DNA of 64,000 nucleotides from Terriglobia bacterium. GTDB lineage: Bacteria > Acidobacteriota > Terriglobia > Bryobacterales > JACQDG01. Location: positions 96 to 64,095 of the forward strand of contig JBGPDC010000005.1 of NCBI GenBank assembly GCA_041482115.1, read 5' to 3'. The notes below the pieces were generated by a model. That model was not told the origin of the DNA. It saw only the letters and a list, made by a program, of their open reading frames with translations, and made no database searches. This document shows positions 57,722 to 64,000 of this stretch, one piece after another; the stretch's first letter is position 1; every line of letters starts with the position of its first letter. The position numbers and the translations under genes are program-made.

Positions 57722-58807
57722 ATGGTGCGGAAACGGAAGGGATTCGCGTTGATCGCCACGGCGGTCTCGAGCCTGGTGCTGCTGGCGGTGCTGGGGCTGG
57801 CGCTCGATCTGGGACGGCTCTACGTGATCAACAGTGAGCTGCAGAGTTTCGCCGACGCGGCGGCGCTGGCGGCCGCCTTCGAAATGGACGGCACGACCGC
57901 CGGCCTCACCCGCGCCGACGCGGTGGCGGTGACGGGACCCACGACGGGAGGGGCCGCGGCGAATCGGTACTACTTCTCCTCGAAGGCGGTCAGCGCGCCC
58001 CAGGCAGCTTATTCCGCCACTTTTGGCGGGACGTACCAGAACTCGGCGGCGGCGCCGGTGACCGCGCGATTTGTGCAGGTCACCACGACCGCGAGCGTGC
58101 CGCTGTATTTCTTGCCGCTGCTGCCGGGTGTGACCACGAACTTCTCGTCTTCGAAACAGGCGGTCGCGGGCCAAGCGCTCCAGCCGTCGATCGGCGAGGG
58201 TCTAGCACCGTTCTCCCCGGACGCGCACAGTGCCGCGGCCGTCAACTTCGGGTTCACGGTGGGCCAGCAGTATACGTTGAAGTGGCCGCCCAAGGGGCAG
58301 CGCGGCAAAGCCGGGAACACCTGCGGCGGGGATGGTGGCTTTACACCTCCCAACAGCTCGAGCGACCGCGGCTACATCGACGTCGGCCAGGGCAACGGCA
58401 ACTCCGCCCTGCACGACACCATTGTCAACAACGACTACAATCTGGCCCAGCCGTATCAAGTGGGGAGCGTAATCAACTGGGTGCCGGGCAACAAGAACGT
58501 GCAGCCGGGTGTGGCCGAGCGCATCGCCCAGGACACCGATACGGCGTCGGCCACCTATAGCGCCTATACCGGCAACGGACGGCGGATCCTGGTGGTGCCG
58601 GTCAATGACGACCTGAATCCCGCCCGCGTCGTGGGATTCGCGGCGTTCTTCATGCCACCCGGGATGTGCGGACCGCAGAACACGAGTCCCTGCTGCGCCG
58701 AGTACCTCGGGCCGGGGCTGGTGGACTCGAGCCACAAAGGCAGCGGCGGCGGCGGCAGCGGAGCCGGCAGCAGCGCCGGCCTCTACGCCGTGAGACTGTT
58801 CCGGTAG
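57722..58807 (+). CDS. tadG: TadG-like Flp pilus assembly protein
   Basis: RKG + hydrophobic helix, LGLALDLGRLY, ELQSFADAAALAAA. Confidence 0.82.
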   Translation: MVRKRKGFALIATAVSSLVLLAVLGLALDLGRLYVINSELQSFADAAALAAAFEMDGTTAGLTRADAVAVTGPTTGGAAANRYYFSSKAVSAPQAAYSATFGGTYQNSAAAPVTARFVQVTTTASVPLYFLPLLPGVTTNFSSSKQAVAGQALQPSIGEGLAPFSPDAHSAAAVNFGFTVGQQYTLKWPPKGQRGKAGNTCGGDGGFTPPNSSSDRGYIDVGQGNGNSALHDTIVNNDYNLAQPYQVGSVINWVPGNKNVQPGVAERIAQDTDTASATYSAYTGNGRRILVVPVNDDLNPARVVGFAAFFMPPGMCGPQNTSPCCAEYLGPGLVDSSHKGSGGGGSGAGSSAGLYAVRLFR

Positions 58808-58818
58808 AGGAGGGAAAC

Positions 58819-59262
58819 ATGCGGTCTGGCGTGCGGCCTCCGACCCACCGGCGCGGCAATGCGATCGTAGAGTTCGCCCTGTGCTTCGCGATGCTGTGGG
58901 CGATCCTGACCGGGGTCTTTCAGTTCGGCTACACGATCTATCTCTACGAGGGCCTGGCGAACGCGGTCGAAAACGCCGCCGCTTTCGCCTCCCGGGCGGA
59001 CTTCATCGTAGGGAGCAGCACCTTTTCCGACCAAGTGAAGAACATGGCCGTCTACGGCTCGCCGGTCGCCGGCTCGACGCCGCTGGTTCCCAATCTCACC
59101 ACCGCTAAGGTGAGCGTCACGTGGACCAGCGACAGCGCCGGTGTCCCGCGCACCGTGACCGTGCGGATCGTCAACTACAGCGTGGCGGCCATCTTCCGGA
59201 CCTTCAACTTCACCAACAAGCCCCTCTGCACCATGCGCTACGCCGGGCGCTACCAGACGTGA
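58819..59262 (+). CDS. tadE: TadE-like pseudopilin
   Basis: RRGNAIVEFAL prepilin-like motif, GVFQFG. Confidence 0.85.
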   Translation: MRSGVRPPTHRRGNAIVEFALCFAMLWAILTGVFQFGYTIYLYEGLANAVENAAAFASRADFIVGSSTFSDQVKNMAVYGSPVAGSTPLVPNLTTAKVSVTWTSDSAGVPRTVTVRIVNYSVAAIFRTFNFTNKPLCTMRYAGRYQT

Positions 59263-59714
59263 GATCCCACCTGCCCCTCCCACGCCACACGCGCCGGCCC
59301 GCCGCCGGTTCCGCCCTGGTCGAGGGCGCCTTCGTCCTTCTGGCGCTGATCGTCCTGCTCACCGGCATCCTCGACATCGGGCAGATTTTCATGTTCCACC
59401 AGGGCTTGACGGAACGCGTGCGAGCCGGGGCGCGCTATGCGGCGACTCACACCTACAACATCCAGCAAATCAAGAACGTGGTGCTCTATAACGCCTCCAC
59501 GGCTCCGGCGGGAAGCCCCAAGGGTCTCTACGGGCTGCAGGCCTCGCAGGTGTCGGTCACCCGCTACGACAGTGGCGACGCGGTAAAGGACCGCATCGAA
59601 GTAAAGATTCAGGGCTTTCCGATGGCGTTTTACAGCCCGCTGCTGAAAAGGGCTTACACGCATCGTCCGTTCGTGGCGATCCGGCGGGTGGAGAGCCTGG
59701 GGGCGACCAACTAA
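59259..59714 (+). CDS. tadE: TadE-like pseudopilin
   Basis: GSALVEGAF, GILDIG, VRAGARYA; GTGA overlap. Confidence 0.82.
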   Translation: MRSHLPLPRHTRRPAAGSALVEGAFVLLALIVLLTGILDIGQIFMFHQGLTERVRAGARYAATHTYNIQQIKNVVLYNASTAPAGSPKGLYGLQASQVSVTRYDSGDAVKDRIEVKIQGFPMAFYSPLLKRAYTHRPFVAIRRVESLGATN

Positions 59715-59720
59715 GAAAAT

Positions 59721-60458
59721 CTACCGCCCGGCGGCCAGACGGGTCGCGAGCGGAGCCGGCAAACCCGCCGCCTGGATCTTCTGCTGCGCGGCCGAAACGT
59801 CGTACTCGATACGGTGGAAAACGATCTGGCTTTGGTCGCTGTCGTAGAGGACAAAAGCGGCCCGCCAGTCGCCGTCCCGGGGCTGGCCGACCGAGCCGGG
59901 GTTCACGAGGTACTTCTCTTCCGGGTGAATCTCGAGATACTGGGGACCGCTCTCCGGCCGCGGACGGATCAACTGCAACCGGCTCCCCTGGTCGATGAAC
60001 CCGCCCTGGAGGTGGGTGTGGCCGAAGAAGGTGAGGCGGTCCTCCAGGTAGGGGAAGACCTGCGCGGCTTCCTGCGGGGAGACGACGTACTCGTCTTCGT
60101 CGAGGATCGAGCCGTGGACCAGGGTCATGCCGTCAAGCTGGACGGGGCCCCGGGCGAGACCGACCAGGTACTGGAGGTTCTCCGGTGCGAGCTCGCGCAG
60201 GGTCCAGCGGGCGGCGTCGCGGGCGATCTGGTTGAACCATTCCAGGCTCTCGAGACCGGAGCAAGCCTTGTCATGGTTGCCGCGGATGACGGCGGTGACG
60301 TGGCCGCGCACCCACTCCACGACCGGGTTGGGGTCGGCGCCGTAGCCCACCAGGTCGCCCAGGCAGACCACGTGCTCGTAGCGTCCCGCGGCGTCGGCCA
60401 GGACCGCCTGGAGGGCCTCCCAGTTGGAGTGCAGGTCGCTGAGAATCAGGTAGCGCAC
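59721..60458 (-). CDS. Metallophosphoesterase (YfcE/ApaH-like)
   Basis: SDLHSN, GDLVGYG, GNHD, GHTH, NPGSVGQPRDGD. Confidence 0.92.
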   Translation of the reverse strand: MRYLILSDLHSNWEALQAVLADAAGRYEHVVCLGDLVGYGADPNPVVEWVRGHVTAVIRGNHDKACSGLESLEWFNQIARDAARWTLRELAPENLQYLVGLARGPVQLDGMTLVHGSILDEDEYVVSPQEAAQVFPYLEDRLTFFGHTHLQGGFIDQGSRLQLIRPRPESGPQYLEIHPEEKYLVNPGSVGQPRDGDWRAAFVLYDSDQSQIVFHRIEYDVSAAQQKIQAAGLPAPLATRLAAGR

Positions 60459-60461
60459 ACG

Positions 60462-61640
60462 CTATCCGGCACGCTTCAGACGGAGCAAGGTGACTTCCGG
60501 CCGGGCGCCGAGCCGCAAGGGCAGGTTGATGGTGCCGATGCCCCGGCTGACATAGATCGCCGCCGCCCCTAAGCGATACAGGCCCGCTACAAAGGGCGTG
60601 AAAAACCGGCTGACGTTCAGGGTCTGCTCCAGGATCTCCACCGTTACCTGTCCACCGTGCGTGTGACCGCCGACCACCAGATCATAGCCCAACTTCGCCG
60701 CCACGGGGAACACGTCGGGGTTATGGGACATCAGCAGGTTGACCGCGCCAGGCTCGATCAGGCGGCCGGCCCCGCGAAGGTAAGGCAGACTTTGACGCTG
60801 GTAATCGACGCCCGCCAGGTTGAGGCGCGCCCCGCCGTATTCGAGCAGGCGCGCCCGGTGGCGGAGAATTTCGATGCCCAGCGCCCGCGCGCGCGTCTCG
60901 GCCAGGTCCTCGCAATCGGCGTAAATCTCGTGATTGCCGAGGCAGCCGAAGACGCCCGTCTCGGCCCGCAACAGGGCCAGGCGTTCGAGACAGCTCTCGA
61001 GCGGGTCGCCGTCCCGGGTAATGAAATCACCCGTGACCAGCGTCAGATGCGGCCGCGTTTCGTTGGCCATCGCGACGACGCGATCGAGCTCCGGCCGGCT
61101 GAGGTAGGGGCCGAAGTGAATGTCGCTGAGCAGAGCGATGCGGAAGTCAGCGAGACCGGCCGGCAGATCGCGGACCGGGAAGGCGACGTCCCGCAGCTCG
61201 AATTGCCGGCGCACCAGCAGCGTGCCGTAGGCGGCGGCTCCGAAGGGGGTGACCACGGCGGCGGCCGTGGCAGCCTGCGAGAGAAAGGCGCGGCGGCTCG
61301 AGCCGGCGGCGCTCGAAGGGGGGCCCGGAAGGCGGCGGGCCAGTTTCCGTATCATGGCGAGCCCGTAAACCAGGGCCGTGGCGGCGGTGGCCCCGACAAC
61401 CCAGACACCCGCCCCGAGCGAGAGCAGGCGCGAGACCGGACGGGGCGAGTCCCAGAGCGGGCCCAGCATCCAGGTGTTGTCGAGCCAGACGACGATCAAC
61501 AGCACGGCGAAAACGACGGCCAGTCCTACGGCGGCCACGCCGTGGCGGCCGAGGGTGGTCCGCTCCAGGCGCGAGCGAAGGGCCCGGTAGGTCCAGAACT
61601 GCCCGGCCAGCACCAGGGCGATGAGGATCGTGTTGAACAT
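60462..61640 (-). CDS. Membrane-associated metallophosphoesterase (YkuE-like)
   Basis: N-terminal TMs; SDIH, GDF, GNHE, SHNPD, GHTHGGQ. Confidence 0.9.
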   Translation of the reverse strand: MFNTILIALVLAGQFWTYRALRSRLERTTLGRHGVAAVGLAVVFAVLLIVVWLDNTWMLGPLWDSPRPVSRLLSLGAGVWVVGATAATALVYGLAMIRKLARRLPGPPSSAAGSSRRAFLSQAATAAAVVTPFGAAAYGTLLVRRQFELRDVAFPVRDLPAGLADFRIALLSDIHFGPYLSRPELDRVVAMANETRPHLTLVTGDFITRDGDPLESCLERLALLRAETGVFGCLGNHEIYADCEDLAETRARALGIEILRHRARLLEYGGARLNLAGVDYQRQSLPYLRGAGRLIEPGAVNLLMSHNPDVFPVAAKLGYDLVVGGHTHGGQVTVEILEQTLNVSRFFTPFVAGLYRLGAAAIYVSRGIGTINLPLRLGARPEVTLLRLKRAG

Positions 61641-61684
61641 GAATCGGAATCGGAAAGCCGTCCGGGGGACCGGCTTCTACCATT

Positions 61685-62419
61685 CTAGTTCGGTTCGAGG
61701 GCGGTATGCCGGTAGAGGACCACGGCCAGGGCGGCGAGAACCGCCGTCTCGGCCCGCAGGATCAGGGGACCGAGCGAGACGGGCGCAAAGCCGTGGCGGT
61801 GAGCGAGCGTTCGCTCGGCGTCGGTGAAGCCGCCTTCGGGACCTGTGAGAAGCACCGGGCGTTCACCCCCGGCGGGGGCAGCGCCCAACTCACCCGCGTG
61901 GAAACCGGCCAGAGATTCGTCGAGGATCCAGCGGGGCTGACCCCAGTCCGACGCCAGGGCCCGGTCGAGGGGCAGTGGATCGAGGACCTCCGGGGGCCGG
62001 AGCCGCCGCGACTGCTGCGACGCCTCGTGGACCAGGCGCCGCCAGCGCTCCACGCGCTTCGTGGCCGCGCGAGCGAGGCCGGCCTCGGTACGCGCGGCCG
62101 TCACCGGCACGAGACGCGCGGCGCCCAACTCGGTAGCTTTCTCGAGCATCCACTCGTAGCGGTCGAACTTGAAGATGGCGGCCAGCACGGTGACGTCGGG
62201 CAGCGCCGGCCCGGCGGGCAGTTCCTGCTCGATCGCGAAGACGACCTCGGAAGGCGCCGCGGCGACGACGCGGCCGAGCCAGACGCGGGCGGCGTCGGAG
62301 ACTTCGTAGAGCTGGCCGGGCTTGACGCGCAGCACCTGGCACAGATGACGCGCGCCCGGACCGCGCAGCAGGGCGCGGTCCCCGCGAATTTCGTCCACGA
62401 AAAAGCGGCGGCGCGCCAT
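61685..62419 (-). CDS. rsmE: 16S rRNA m3U1498 methyltransferase
   Basis: HLCQVLR, EKATELG, EASQQS, GPEGGF, LGPLILRAETA. Confidence 0.95.
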   Translation of the reverse strand: MARRRFFVDEIRGDRALLRGPGARHLCQVLRVKPGQLYEVSDAARVWLGRVVAAAPSEVVFAIEQELPAGPALPDVTVLAAIFKFDRYEWMLEKATELGAARLVPVTAARTEAGLARAATKRVERWRRLVHEASQQSRRLRPPEVLDPLPLDRALASDWGQPRWILDESLAGFHAGELGAAPAGGERPVLLTGPEGGFTDAERTLAHRHGFAPVSLGPLILRAETAVLAALAVVLYRHTALEPN

Positions 62420-62487
62420 GGTCTCTCGTGCCAGTGTACGCGATGCCCGGCGGGGATCGCCGTGTTATCCTGGAGATACCGCGACGC

Positions 62488-62565
62488 GGTGGGTATAGCT
62501 CAGTTTGGTAGAGCGCCGGATTGTGGTTCCGGAAGTCGAGGGTTCGAATCCCTCTACCCACCCCA
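62488..62565 (+). tRNA. tRNA-His(GTG)
   Basis: Cloverleaf: GTGGGTA/TACCCAC acceptor stem, G-1:C73, anticodon arm CCGGA-TTGTGGT-TCCGG, TTCGAAT loop, CCA end. Confidence 0.96.
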
Positions 62566-62625
62566 TACCTGACGGGACCCCAGCTGGCTGTACGGTGCGG
62601 ATGACCAGGGACCCGCTGACGGGAT

Positions 62626-62665
62626 CGTGGGAAGGCCGGTGGTTCAAATCCACTCGCCCCGACCA
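62626..62665 (+). pseudogene. 3' fragment of a tRNA-Pro-like gene (possible att scar)
   Basis: AGGCC-GGTGG-TTCAAAT-CCACT-CGCCCCG-A-CCA: T arm and Pro-type acceptor end; no proper D or anticodon arm upstream. Confidence 0.65.
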
Positions 62666-62676
62666 AACTTCTCATT

Positions 62677-63720
62677 TCATCGGACCACTTCCCAGCGCGC
62701 ACCCCGTCCGCGACCGACAAGTCTAGCTTGACCAGCCTTCTTCATCTCCGCGAGCACCTTTTTGATAAGCTGTGAACTGGCCGCCGGCAACTGCGCCGCC
62801 ATATCGGCTAACGTGAAAGGCTCCACCTGGCCAAGCACAGTCTGGCGAACCAGGTCGCTCTTAGCGGGCCGCGCCTCGACCGATTCGACCCGGTGCTCGA
62901 ACTCTTTGTAGGCGCCTCGCAGCGTGCTTAGAAAATAGTTCTACCACGGCATGATCTCGTTCTTGCCTTCGTGCCACCTTTGTGAGCACAGCTTGAGAAC
63001 CCGGTAGTATTCCTCCTTGCTGTCTTCGATTAGCCGCTCCAGGCTGATATACCGAGCCACCTGGAAGCCCTGAGATTGCAACAGCAGCGACGTCGCAAGC
63101 CGCGAGACGCGGCCATTACCGTCACGAAAAGGGTGAATACAAAGAAGGTCGAGAACGAATGTTGCCACTATCAAGAGCGGAGGCACGCGTTCTTCATCGC
63201 TGGCCACGCGATACCGGCGGCACAACATCTCCACGGCCGCGGGGGTCTGCTTGGCGGAGACTGGGACGAAACGAAGACTGCGCTCGCCGCTCGCCAAGAT
63301 TTCAACGATCTCGTTGTCGCGCTTCTTCCATTCGCCGGCGTCTCCCGAAGAGCCACCCTGGGCAAGAGCGTGCAAGCGACGGATCACATCGGGAGTGATG
63401 GCAACCCGGTTCTTTCGCGAGAAGATCCAATCCAGCGCCGCTCGATATCCGGCCAGCTCCGCCTCCGAACGGTCACGGGGCTTGGCCTTTCCAAGCACCA
63501 GAGGGCGCAACCGATTCGCCGCGACGGTAACGCCCTCCATTCGATTCGACGATTCGGCACTTTGAATAATCGCCTGTTCCCCCAATACTTCCAGGACTTC
63601 AGGCTTCTGTCGGATCCAGAGGTCCTGCTTTCCACGTGCTTCCATGCACGCGCCGAGAAGCCAGCCGGTTCCGATCGGGATCGCCAGGTCGGCCAATCTG
63701 CCGGGGTCGAGCGTCAACAT
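62677..63720 (-). pseudogene. Fic family protein with C-terminal wHTH, interrupted by an in-frame TAG at 62941-62943
   Basis: HPFRDGNGR; the frame continues past the stop as NYFLSTLRGAYKEF...GRGRGARWEVVR*. Confidence 0.82.
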
Positions 63721-64000
63721 ATCGAATCTTTCGATGGCCTAGTAGCCTAATAATAGCCGATTGCGTGGCGGGTAGCCAATTAAGCCTTTTCCCCGCGTAC
63801 CCGCTCGGGGGGCGGACCGGCAGGGAAGCGACCTCAGTGGCAGTGAAATCCCTAAAGGCGGGAGGGATGGCGGCCAATAGAAATCTGCGTACAATTACCC
63901 ACATGGACGCTGCCGCGCCACGCCGCCTCGCCACGGGAGAGCTCGTCCGCGAAGCCCTCGCCTTTCGCGACCGGCTCGACGCCGTAAAAGCGCGGGTGCG

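Noticed and set aside
62626-62665. tmRNA or a complete second tRNA
   Set aside because: The acceptor end is Pro-type, not the Ala-type tmRNA end, and no full cloverleaf forms

Overview
GC-rich bacterial chromosomal segment. Gene content (many PQQ quinoproteins paired with cytochromes c, an Oar-like TonB receptor, DUF1080, HipA/DUF3037) suggests Acidobacteriota of the Bryobacterales/Solibacter type; this is an inference. Housekeeping and metabolic genes include an M1 aminopeptidase, a CP-ATP-grasp/alpha-E/transglutaminase operon, three PQQ dehydrogenases, a xanthine-dehydrogenase-family molybdoenzyme operon, a GH106-like glycosidase, a split pyruvate:ferredoxin oxidoreductase, MltD, TadG/TadE genes, RsmE and tRNA-His. 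Between them sit many small accessory or conflict modules: a P-loop ATPase paired with a 48-aa-repeat TPR protein, three VapBC pairs, MazEF, a frameshifted ParE, an HD/HSP90-like ATPase protein, a kinase-cyclase-FGE receptor, a type III-like R-M pair, HipA-like kinase/DUF3037 and an interrupted Fic gene. The best candidate for an uncharacterised system is the ATPase/TPR pair at 4203-7773, whose eight 144-bp repeats vary at the same few positions, as a diversifying NLR-like receptor would. Other oddities are a MoaD(GG)-GNAT in-frame fusion, a two-copy palindrome plus IHF-box element at accessory junctions, a MITE-like insert flanked by a 15-bp direct repeat, and a tRNA-Pro 3' fragment. No CRISPR array, integrase or transposase was seen. 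All calls come from reading motifs by eye, without database searches.
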